The translations under genes were made by a program, and so were the position numbers. From contig OZ024742.1 in NCBI GenBank assembly GCA_964016885.1, positions 103,788,001 through 103,852,000 on the forward strand: DNA of 64,000 nucleotides. The letters run 5' to 3'. This document shows, one piece after another, positions 49,774-61,814 of this stretch. Position 1 is the first letter of the stretch. Every line of letters begins with the position of its first letter. Source of the DNA: Eledone cirrhosa. Lineage: Eukaryota. The notes under the pieces were generated by a model. It was not told the origin of the DNA. It made no database searches and saw nothing but the letters and a program-made list of their open reading frames with translations.

Positions 49774-51927
49774 TATCATCATCAACGTTTAACGTCCGTG
49801 TTCCATGCTTGCATGGGTTTGGACGTGGGTTTTCCCACTTGAGGCAAGAGTGATTGTCTTGCTCGCATAGGACTGTCTGGCGGGTTTTCTACAGCTGGAT
49901 GCCCTTCCTAACACCAACCACATTTACAGTGTAGGGCTGGGAGGTTTTTACCGTGTTGCCTACACGGCCACATTACAGCGTGGACTGTGTGTTTTTTTGT
50001 CGTGACACCTACACGATCTCATTTGTTTCGGCCTGGATGCTGTGGTACCAACATAACTTTACATTGAAAGGCGCGGTGTGGATGGGGTGGGGGTGGTGGG
50101 ACGGGGGTGTATTTTGTTAGAGATGCCTACTGACTGTAGAAAGTTTTACTTTGTATTTAGGTAAGGCGGGTCTTCTCTATTACTGAGTACCGCCAAAGGT
50201 CTCGGTCCAGTGACATTGTCTTGGAGAGGTGTAAGTGTGTGAGGTCGGAATTTATCAGCTCGTCCCAGGTTTTTCTGGGTCTGCCTATTCCGTGGCTACC
50301 GTCTATCTTTATTGCCCTGCACTTTGTTATACAGCTATCGTCTTTCATGCGCATCACGTGACCTTACCAACGTAGCCTTCTCTCGAGTAAACAACATCTG
50401 ATCCCTCTTATTTCTAATTTTTTCCTTAGTTCGTTTATGCTTTGCCGTTCACGTATATTACTATTACACATCCAGTGGAGCATGCAAGCTTCGTTCCTCT
50501 CTAGTCTGCGTATATCCTCTGCACACAATGCCCAGGTCTCACTGCCATGCAACATTGCTGTTCGTATGCAGGCATCATACAACCTGCCTTTCATTTTTAG
50601 GGAGAACCCTTTAGCGGCTAATAGTGGTATAAGCTCTCTGAACTTTTTCCATCCAGTTTTGACTTTAGCTACTGTACTTTCAGAGCACCCTCCCCCACTG
50701 CTGATTTTGTCACCCAGGTAACGGAAGCTGTCCACTATTTCTATAGAACCCTCTGCGCAGTTGAAAGAGCTAGTATTTTGTGGGCACTTGCTGCTACTTA
50801 TTGCACCAGAGCACCGGCCACATGTAAAATCTATGTTCTTAGTTAGCTTACCTGTGATCCCACTACATCTTTTATGCACCCATACTTTGCATTTGGGACA
50901 CAAAATGGAATTTCTACCTACGCCTTTCCTACACCCTGAGCATGGCCACTTCCCGGAAGGGACCGCCGCCTTATTTTCTTTCCTACAAACTAGAACTTTG
51001 GTCTTAGCCAGGTTAACTCCCCTGAAGGGCAATAATAAATAGTAGGGGGCTGAGAACAGAGCCCTGATGGACGCCAACTTTTATGCTAAACTCTTCACTA
51101 TATTCGTTGTTAATTCTAACCTTGCTGACTGTTTCTTTATACATGGCTTGTATAGCTCTCACAAGCCATTCGTCAACACCTAGTTTTCTAAGAGCCCACC
51201 AGATAATGGAACGAGGGACTCTGTCGAAGGCTTTCTCCAAGTCGACAAAAGCTAAGTATAGGGGTTTACTTTTAGCTAGGTACTGCTCCTGTAGTTGTCG
51301 TACAATGAAAAGAGCGTCTGTGGTACTTTTGCCTGACACAAACCCGAACTGCATTTCATCTAGATCAATTCTCTCTCTGATTAGTTGCGCTATTAATTTT
51401 TCCATGACCTTCATGACCTGGTCGATTAATTTAATGCCTCTATAGTTACTCCTATCTAGGGCATCTCCTTTACCCTTATAACAGTTAACGATGATGCTGC
51501 TACACCAGTCCTTCGGAACAACCCCATTCTGTACGACTTGGTTAACTATCCGGGTGACTATGGTGTGTCCCACCGTACCAGATGCCTTCAGCATCTCAGC
51601 AACTATTTCCGAAGGCCCAGCCGCCTTACCCGTCTTCATATCCTTGATTGCCTTACTTATTATACTACCCTCGACTAACAGTGTTGGTCCCTCTATTGGG
51701 TCGATGTGGGGGAGACTGTCTTTCTCCCATTTATTCTCCTCATTTAGTAGCCTTTCATAGTGACACTTCCAAGCTGCCTTCTTATCAGCGTCGGTGATGG
51801 CAAGTACGCCGTCATCATTAAGTACACACTTCTCCCCGACAATATCACGGTTTTCCTTGACACATTGCCTAGCAATCCTGAACACCTCACGTTTTTGGTC
51901 CTCGCGTTGTAGAACATGCTTGATATG
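49774..51927 (-). mobile_element. 5'-truncated RTE LINE, family A copy 3, with 24-bp TSD and internal deletion
   Basis: ORFs 51013..51978, 50364..51077 and 50157..50357; YADD region deleted at ~51018; TSD TATATATATACTGGTCCCTCCACA at 49750-49773 and 51928-51951. Confidence 0.95.
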
Positions 51928-51954
51928 TATATATATACTGGTCCCTCCACACCA

Positions 51955-52240
51955 GGTTCCCAAACTGTGGTTCTGCACCTGTCTCTCCTCATAGCAGTGT
52001 CATCTAGTACCAGGCCCCAAAACTATGGTAAAGTTGCGAGATGGGTTTGGTGCGACCGACTGGCCTGCCCCTCCTCATAGTGGTGCCATCCAGTACCCGG
52101 CCCCAAAACTATGGCTACACTGTGAGATGAGTTAGGCTCCCCATATTGGTGCCATCTAGTAACAGGCTCCAAAACTATGATTCTGCTGTGAGATGAGTTC
52201 GGCATGGCCAACTGGCCTTTCCCTCCTCATAATGGAGCCA
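51955..52240. repeat. Degenerate tandem repeat, 3-4 units of ~65-90 bp, upstream of an RTE-tail SINE
   Basis: Repeated cctcatagtggtgccatc(c/t)agtaccaggccccaaaactatg. Confidence 0.7.
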
Positions 52241-52871
52241 TCCACTTCCACACTATAAATGTGGTCCGTGTTAGAAAGGGCATCCAGCTGTAAAATACCC
52301 AGCCAAATTTTCAGTCCTCACCAGTGCAAAGTGTGGCATAGCCAACTCTGGCTAGACTTGCTTCTCAGCGTGGACGACCCATCTAACCCATGCAAACATG
52401 GAAAAATGGATGCTAAACGGCGATGATGATGATAATGCTTTCCATGTGAACAAAACATATGAGCAGTTCTCTATTGGCCCACTACAAACCCAATGTCCAT
52501 TATTGCATGTATTGTGCGTCAATCAAAAGTGGCAATTTGAAAATGTTGGTTAATATGTGAATCTGGGGCAAAAATTATAGAAACAACGCTATCATAACTA
52601 TAATTCCATGACTTTGTTAGACTGTATTGGCAATGACTGGGATTATTTAAACTTTTTTTTAGTAGTACTTTATTTAAATGTGACCTGAAGTAGCGTTGCA
52701 ACAGTGTTTGTGCATGTTAATGAGTGAAACCAACAATATCATACACAAAAAGAGGTTGCAAATTATCTACTGCTGTGACATATACAAGTATATATGGTAT
52801 ATGTTAAAGTGCACATCTTTTTACCAAAATTAAATGGTTGGTTCTGCAGAGAAGAAAAGAAAGATACTTAC

Positions 52872-52972
52872 TAACTGAACTTCTCCAAAGGCTCCTCTAC
52901 CAATGACTTTCACCATTTCGAAATCATTAGGTTGAAGACGGCAAAGGTTGATGAATTCAACTGATCTAACAT
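52872..52972 (-). CDS. ROCK: ROCK exon (101 nt): VRSVEFINLCRLQPNDFEMVKVIGRGAFGEVQL, kinase subdomain I
   Basis: ttctag acceptor, gtaagt donor, GxGxxG loop. Confidence 0.95.
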
Positions 52973-53038
52973 CTAGAAATAAAATAAAGAGAATTTTCAA
53001 ATCCTAGAACAGTTTTATTTTATTCTTTTATTTTTTTA

Positions 53039-53190
<152 letters not shown>

Positions 53191-53429
53191 AGTCAGAGGC
53201 GTTGGGGCAGTGCCCAATGACTGCTGCAGATTACCTCCAACTGGTGAGATTGATGAACAAATGTAGGAGATATGTGGGATAAACCTGGACAGGAAGAAAT
53301 TTCAGTGTTTTAGGGGAAGAAGAATTGGTAATGTGTTTAATACAGGATTTGATGGTTGAAAAAAAGACCCCCCCCCCTTTTTTTGTACATTCATCCATTC
53401 ACTCATTCATTTACTAACATTCTACCTTC

Positions 53430-56150
53430 CTGTGTGTCCCCCTCCATGCAGCTCCTTCTTTTCTCTTATTTTCTGACACCTCAATATATATAGGTGAGCT
53501 ATGAGGCCCTCTTACCAGCACTTTCCCTTCCACCCACCCCTGATGCTGCTCGGTCCTCGGACCCACACCCCATCCCTCCAAGCCGACACCTGCAGCACCA
53601 CTAACAAACGGAAGAGGGGTTGGAACTGTTTGGGGGGGCGGCTGCTTCCACCACCTCACTTGCATTGGCTTGACTCGTCGAGCTTCCAATGCCTCGCGGC
53701 GTGGAGGTGCAGGAGCTGCCTCTTCCCCACGTCTTCCCAGCCACGGTCGTCTGGCACACCACCAGCTGGGACAGCGAGCTTGCCTGGCGCCCAAGCCTCA
53801 CTGGTCAACATCGCTCCGTTCAGGCGGCTCCGGAAGATCCCACTCAGGATCCCGAGGGCGGCACGGGTATCAGTAACCGATGCCCTCGCTTCCTCGATTG
53901 AGAGCGCCCTGGACTCCGATCGAGCCTGTGACTGGGAGCGACTGTTCTACTTCGCCCCACTCGCCCTCGGCCTCCTCAGCTCTGGCGCTGACCAGGGCAG
54001 CCGGTCAACAGCAGCCTTCGTCAAGGTCAATATCTCATCCTTTGGGCAAGGGCCCATTCCAAGCGTGCCCAGGGACCCCGCACACCCCACCCTCAGGTAG
54101 CCCCTATCCTCTACCCCCGAGGCCAGTGCCAAGCGTTTGCGTAACCAGGTAAACGCCAAGCTTATGATGTGTCGGCTGCAGTCAGAGTTGTTGCCTCAGA
54201 GGACACTGTCCTCCAACCGACCGAGGAGGTCCTGGCTGCTCTGCGACTCAAACACCCTGAGCCACCTACTGATCTCAGACCCATACCCCCACCCGACCCC
54301 ACTTGCTCCTTGTGGCTTATGATGCAGACATCATGTCCGCCATCAGGTCCTTCCCAGCTAGCAGCTGCGGAGGTGTTGATAGTCTCTGACCAGGCCACCT
54401 CAAAGAGTTGATATACCCCCTCTCCGCTGAGGCCGGGCACCGCCTTCTGAGTGCAATTGTGGCGCTCACCAATAGGCGCCCTGGACCCTTACGCCCGAGG
54501 CCTCTTTTTCGGCCCGCCTCATCGCTCTCAGGAAGAAAGAAGATGGCATACGCCCCATTGCTGTAGGCAATGTCTTCCGGGGGCTAGCTGCCAAGGTGAT
54601 CTGCAACTCCGTTACACACGAACTGGGTAAGGAGTTTAGTCCGATGCAACTGGGTGTCGGCGTATCCGGTGGCTGTGAGGGGGTCACTCATGCAACCAGG
54701 CAGTTCTTCAGCAGCTGCCCATCGGAACTGGCATCCAGGGACTCCAGGCACCTTATTGTCAAGCTTGACATGAGGAATGCCTTCAACTCTTTACGCCGGG
54801 ATCATCTGCTCGAGGCCTACCTCAGCCGAGCCCCCTCAACCTACCCGTCTTATGGAGCCCCGAGCATGCTCCTTGCTGCTGATATGGTCATACCCTCAGC
54901 TACTGGGGTCTAGCAGGGCGACCCTTTGGGACCCCTGCTGTTCGTCCTTGGTATTGACCACATTCTCCATTCTCTGCCAGGTTCAGGTAACCCCCAAAGA
55001 GCAGCAGCCAAGGAGATATACAACGTCAAGTTTGACGACATAGGGTGGCAACAGGCCACTTTACCTGTCAGGTATGGCGGCCTTGGCCTCCGATCCCAGA
55101 TGTCACTAGCTTTGCCGGCGTATCTTTCGTCAGTAACCTCGTGCGGCGTCCTTGTCAGTAGGGTTCTTCAAAACACAACAGAACCCACTGTGTTCAGAGA
55201 ACGTGAAGCCGCCTGTGAGACGTGGGACCAGCTGGGACTTAGCCCAGTAGACGTCCCTCCTCCTTCTCCCCCTGTTGACATCTAGTCCCCCCAACGCACT
55301 TGGGATGCCATCCAGTGCAGCCTGGCCTCAGACAGGCTCACGCCCCAGCTCGACCAGCACCGCCTTGCTTGTTTTCGTGCGGCCTCCAAACCCCACAGTG
55401 GTGCTTGGTTCCATGCCCTGCCCTCCTTCTCCACTGGCACGCAGCTAGACAACCATAGCCTGCGCATTGGCGTTTCCCTGAGACTCAGCCTCCGGATCTG
55501 CCAGCCACTCCAATGTCGCTGCGGTTCCACCGTGGACTCTTTCGGCCTCCACCCGCTTTCCTGTGGCCCCAGTGCCGGCCACATTCCACGCCATGCTGCC
55601 CTCAACGAGGTAATAAAGCATGGCTTTGACGCTGCAAGCTTCCCTTCCCAGCTCGAGCCGGTGGGGCTGGATCGAGGGAACGGCAAAAGGCCAGATGGCA
55701 TGACCATCTTCCCGTTGCGCGGTGGACCCCTCATCTGGGATGCCACTTGCACCGACACTTTCTGCAACCGCAACCTGGTGCAATCTGCGACTGACCCAGG
55801 TTCTGCTGCACGTCGTGCTGAGGGGGCCAAACTCCTCAAATACCGGTCACTCTGCGACAGGTTTGCGGTGGTACCCCTGGCAGTGGAGACTTCTAGTATC
55901 CTCGGCCCCAGGCTACCTCCTTACTCACCACCATAGGCGCTGAGCTGGCCAGCCGCAGGTGTGAGCCCCACGAGTTGGAATGGCTCTTCCAGCGTGTCTC
56001 CCTCACCATCCTCCGGGGAAACGCCTTCTTCATTCTGTCCGCCGGGGCTGTGGGTGGGCCTTATTGCGTACCATTGTAGCTGTTGTAGAAGAAACGGGTT
56101 CCACTTGTATATTGTATATAGTTTTGGCTTCTTCACTCATATATGATTTC
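53430..56150 (+). mobile_element. CRE-clade non-LTR retrotransposon (RT plus restriction-like endonuclease), frameshifted and internally deleted
   Basis: KKEDGIRPIAVGNVFR, QLGVGVSGGCE, VKLDMRNAFNSLRR, QGDPLGPLLF, WQQATLPVRYGGLGL, CRCG..DSFGLHPLSC, RH..LN, EPVGLDRGNGKRPDG, IWDATCTDT, PLAVET. Confidence 0.88.
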
Positions 56151-58929
56151 CATGTCTCATCTTGAAGTAATTCTAGTGGGGTGAGTGTGACTGGGATGGT
56201 GTAGGGAGAATATGCAGGCAGCTTGTTCTCAGGAGCAGAAGATATTGTGATTTGCTCAGTGATAGGGAGACATGAAAAGAGAAAAACAGTGCATCCGTAA
56301 GCTCATAACTGAAGCCATGTGGGTGGTTGAATTTTTACCAATCTGTTGTACTGTGTGTATTACAAAACCTTTCAATAAGTTTTTCATTTTTCACTTTATA
56401 GCTTAACTCTTAAGACCCTGTAATGATTTAGCAGAAAATATCTTTAAAAAAACAGGTTTGTTAATTCAAATGTTTATAGTATCTTTACTTGTGGATGAAC
56501 TGTTGTGAAAAATTGTAGTAAACTAAAGTAAAGACTTTAGCATAAAAGTATGTAAGTAAAAGAAAATAGAAAACATAACTATTTCTCTATCTGTAGCATA
56601 ATTGGAATAACTGAGCTACTAAAACAAGTGCACTACACTGTTGCACCTGTTTTTGATGAGACTGAGTTACTATAAACTGATGCACTATATTATTGTGGCC
56701 ATACTGTAAACAGGTGATTAAGCCACTAAATGAAGATAGACTATTATATCTGCACCACAAGGAAATGACAGAGCTACAGAATCTAGATTAAACTATACCA
56801 TTGAAACAAATTTTATAATACTATGGAGAAATAATTTTGAATAGAATGGTAAAGTACTGAAGGTTTGTGGGTTAAATGGAGTAATTGACCAATATGGATC
56901 ATGTCAACATCAGAAATCTCCTAGTTCATAATATACAGTAAGATGATAGAAATACAAAAATAAAGAAAATCATAATCCTTCTATAGAGTTGACTAAAAGG
57001 AAAGTTTTCATGGAGTAGTGTCAAAAAACTATTTAGTGTCATATGAAAGAAGTGAGTCAAATGGTATAGAAATCAAAATAGTTTTTTGATTAACCCTTCT
57101 GATAACAATCGAACCTAAATTGCACTGGTTTTATGATACACAACTGCTGGTTTTAAAATGTTCATTTTAGCATTTAAACTGGCTGTATCAAGCCAGAATT
57201 CTCTCACCTCATTCTGTTCAAACCAGCTGTAAATGACCGCTCATACTGGTGTTAAGGTATTGTTCTCAAAATAAATGACATCAAAATCTCATAGATTCGA
57301 TATTATGTGAGATAATTATGTAAGATGAAGCTTTTACCACAAAAACGCAATAGCATATATAGATGTTAAAGGATTAAAACATTTCATTATAATTTCATGT
57401 AAGAAAGTTTTGTTAAGTAATATTTAGAACATCAGCTTACTAATGAAATGTAAAATTATCTCATTAAATTCTTCAAATTTTCAAAATTAATTGATACACA
57501 TAGGCAGTGTATTTAATAAAACTTCAGCCAGATGGCTGGAACAGGTAAAAGAGTAAAAGAGTTGGGTTAAAACATTAAAGTCAACCAGTTATTGCTGCTA
57601 ATATGTCTAGTCCACTGGTTAGATGTTCTTGATGTTGCTGCATAAAATTTCAGGATCAACTTATATCTACTGTTGGTATAGTGATGACTGTAGCCAACTA
57701 TCTACTACAACAATGGAAAGAGTCAAATTGTTACAACTAAAGCTGCCAGCATATCTTATATGGACTGAAGTCAAATAAGAAACTATTAATGCTGTGGCAA
57801 TAGGAGCAACCGGCTGGATGCAATGAGTATTGCTGTATGATACAACTTTAGAGCTATGTATGCTAATCAGGGTAGTGAGTGTGGGGAGAAATTACATGAG
57901 CATGCTTCAATGGATGTGCAATTTTAATGTGTGTTTGTATATAACAAAACATGGATGAACTGAGAGAAAAACTGGGTATAGAGGAATCAGAGAAGATTCC
58001 TGTCAGACTGCTCCACATCTTAACCACTCGACCATGTCTTCCCCCATACAGAATACATTTGTGTATACACAAACATGACCGTGTCATTAAACCCCGCTTT
58101 CCCTGCTAGCAATGATTGGACTGTGTGTGTGTATATATAAAGACAAGTATACTTTATATCATTCACTGAACTCGATCTTTTAATAGAAATAAGTGGTTTT
58201 ATGATGATACCATATACACACTGACACAGCATATACAGAAGAATTACAGCAAAATTGTCATACACAAAACAAACACAAAAGTCGAATCCAAGAAAAAAAG
58301 TTTAACAGACACACAAAGAGAATTTAACTCTAAAATACAAATATAAGAAGATTGTCAACAAAATAATAACTGACTCAGAAATGATTTTTACTTGCACACA
58401 TGAACACACCAACAATATTGCAATCATCAAAATGACTCACACATAAAACTATTTTTATCACTGCAATAATCTTTTTACTTACTTTATTTCAAAGAACATT
58501 CTTACACACACATATATACCTATATATATACCTTGTCTTCAAACCCATGCAAGAGTGGAAGATGGCCGTTAAACGATGATGATGATGTCTTGGTCCCCTT
58601 AACTCACAATTGAGTGGTAGGGGCATTATAGTGATATACATCATGTTTTTGACATTTTAAACCAGGCAGAACCCAGCCTTTCTTTGGGTCAGAACAGAGA
58701 GAGAGAAAGCCGGATAGAAGACTGATACTTTATCAACCCTGAAAGGATGAAAGGCAAAGTTGACTTGGGCAGAATTTGAGGTAGGAGGACACTGAGCTGG
58801 AACAAATACCAAAGCATGTTCGATTTTTAGGCTGACTGGCAGAGGCTGCTACACATGCACACAATTTGGAAATAGGAGGGAGGTGGGAGATGTTGTTCCA
58901 CATAACAAATTGAATGAAGGGGTTTTTCT

Positions 58930-59540
58930 TTTTCCCTGAGCAAGTTTCCCATAAAATAGTTGCTTAGGGACATGCTCATCAGACATGTGGACAATATGTC
59001 CCAGACGACCGCAGTTAGTTTTTCAAAATTATTGCCTGGATGGAACTAATACCAGATGCAGCTAAAGCATCAGAGTCAGGAGTGAATGAATTCCATTTTA
59101 TTTTCAGAATATAGCGTAAGCATTTTTGATATTTGTACACGTCTAAGTTTCAGAAGAATACAGAAGAGAGGATAACACAAAGGATCTATAAACAGATTTT
59201 TTTGTTCCATTCTTGATGTGTCTTTGTGACCAAACCCAAGACTCTAAACTACCAAAACATTTTGGTGCCTTTTGAATCTTTAGAGATATTTCTGAATCCC
59301 ATGTTCCATCTTTATTCACTGCACTCCCAAAGTATATGAAGTATTCAACAAACTTAAAAAGGTTACATTTCACATATATTTTAGATTGCTGCACAACTAG
59401 TCCAGGTGTAGGTTGACATAAAACTACCACTTTCTTTAAATTTATAGTCAAACAAAAGATATCACATGTCAAATCAAATGCAGAAATCAACAATTGTAAT
59501 CCATGCTCAGTATGACTGACAAGGTCACAGTCATCAGCAA
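58930..59540 (-). mobile_element. RTE-BovB-like LINE fragment
   Basis: ORF 59143..59568: LFADDCDLVSHTEHGLQ, LTINLKK, VLSSLLYSSET. Confidence 0.82.
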
Positions 59541-60616
59541 ATAAGGTGGTATCAAAAATTTCCCACACTAGTTCTGTTTAAAAAAAAATAATATATTTAC
59601 CTAAGTTTTAACATCATCTCCTTCAAAATAGTCCCCTTATGCAGCAATACACCGGTCCCAGCGTTCCTATCACTTTTGGAATTCAGCCTGGAAGTCATTT
59701 TCTGCAAGCGAGTCGAAGACCTTCTGTGGCTCGCTCTGGATCTCAGCAACAGTGTTAAAACGGCGACCTTTAAACTGCATTTTCAGCTTGGAGAAGTGTT
59801 GGAGGTCCGCAGATGCTAAATCTGGCGAATAGAGCAGGTGCAGAAGCGATACAATGTTTTTGGCGAGAAACTCATGAGTAAGGAGAGCTCGGTGACAGGG
59901 TGCATTCGCGCTCCACAGATCCGGTCGCTTTCGCTGAACATCCACCCTCAAACGCCTCAAAACATTGTAGCAGAACTCTTAATTGACAGTTTGGCCCTGG
60001 GGGATGAATTCTCAATGCACAATATCATGGATGTTGAAAATAACGATGAGCATTCACGTGATTGAGCTGCAGCTCTGCCATGTCTTCTTCGGTCATGGAG
60101 ACGAAGGACTTTTCCACTGTGTTGATTGCTGCTTTGTCTCAGGATCGTACTTGTAGACCCAACTCTCATCACCGGAGATGATCCCCAACATGAAGGATTG
60201 GTCATCAGCAACACGCTGACAGAGATCTTACAGACAACGTGATGTTCTTTCTGTTCGGTGAACAGCAGGCAGGGAACAAACTTGGCAATGACACACTGAA
60301 TGTTCAATTCAAATGTTAAGATTACCTGCACTGACCCATATGAAAGACCAAGAACATCAGCAATATCTGTGATTGACGTCCAACGATCCTCATGCACAAG
60401 CTGATTAATTTTCTCCACATTTCCGGGGTTGGTGCTCATGGCAGGTCTTCCAGATCGCTCGTGATTTTCCAAAGACGTTCTTCAGCTTTTGAAGTGCAAG
60501 TGCCACTCGAAACATTGCATATGACTCATTGTCACAACGCTATAAGTTTGTCGAATCATGCTCAATGTCTCTGTAGCTACAGAACTAGCTTGAAAACCTT
60601 TTGATACCACCTCATA
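59541..60616 (-). mobile_element. Mariner transposon with both TIRs; transposase pseudogenised
   Basis: TIRs (a)ggtggtatcaaaaatttcccacactagttctgt / acagaactagcttgaaaaccttttgataccacct; RSGRP, AKFVP, NAPCH and YSPDLASAD motifs. Confidence 0.92.
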
Positions 60617-61730
60617 TGTGTGTGTGTGTGTGCATGTGTATATACACACACATGACCAACTGGCCTGTCCTTCCTCATAGCAGTGCTACGCTTTTGATAC
60701 CAACCTAGCAAAGACTGGCTCTGGATTTATGAAACAAAACCACTTTTTTCAAGAGTTCCAACATAATCATATAAGAACATGTTATGTTAAGTTATAATCT
60801 TAGCAATGAAATAATAATTTCAGCAAATCCTTGAATAATAAATTATTCATTAATTAATTAAAATAAACTGTATTTCATTACAGAAATAGTTACAAAACGA
60901 TTAAGAAGAATTTAGCTGTTATTCATGGCAGATCAAGTGACCATTTATAGGCTCCCTTACTTTGACTCCTATACAAGAAAGTTATTACATGTGAAGAGTA
61001 GTTACAGGAGCATCAAATGCCACACTGTTCTCAAATGGTACTGCTTCAGTTAGCTGTATACAGACCAGTCTCTTAACGCATCATGTGCTATCTAGTGATA
61101 CAAGATAAATAACTATGGCATCATAAAAAAGTTTATCTAAAATAGAACCATCTTTTAGCTTAGAACAGGAAGCTGGAAGTGGCAAGATAGAGGGTTGGTT
61201 GTTACTTATGAGAATATTATTGCATATGGTACCAGTAAAATATGACAAGGGTGATGAGATATTGGAATAGCAGCTCATCTATCCTTGTATCCTTTATCAT
61301 TGTATCTGATAAATGTATTTATTTCTAAATAGAACACTTAATTCCACTTGTCACTGGTGCTACAAAAATTCACCAAGTACACTCTGTAAAATGATATTGC
61401 TGGGACCACAATAAAATTACCTGATACACACTGTAAAGAAGTTCATGTTAGGAAGAGCATGCAGTTGGAGAAACAATGCCAAAACATGGAACATATGAGC
61501 AAGTCGTGATTCCCCAACACATTTAGTCTCAGACCATGACAGTTCAGCCAATCCTAGTCAACATGGAGAGTGGACATAATATGATAATACTTCAGCCAAC
61601 TGTTGAAAATAAGTGGCACACCTCTTCAGAAGATTATCCATGCTGTCTTGAAGAAGTAACAGAAAGTCAATTCTAGGTATCAACCAATCCAGTATCATTC
61701 CTTAGAGTATCCAATACTATAACTAATGTA

Positions 61731-61810
61731 ACTAGCAGAAAAACCACCCTTCGGGTGGTTTTCTGCTAGCATGTGTAGTGTGTAAATTGATATTATACGT
61801 AAGTATATAT
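61731..61810 (+). mobile_element. Hairpin terminus of a Helitron/Helentron-like non-autonomous element. Also at 40561-40640(+) and 6315-6393(-).
   Basis: ACTAGCAGAAAAACCACCC-TTC-GGGTGGTTTTCTGCTAG followed by catgtgtagtgtg.a.attgatattata, in three copies. Confidence 0.55.
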
Positions 61811-61814
61811 ACAT

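Noticed and set aside
59590-59640. Candidate upstream ROCK exon (donor-like tttacct)
   Set aside because: It lies inside the mariner subterminal sequence and does not translate to the ROCK N-terminus.
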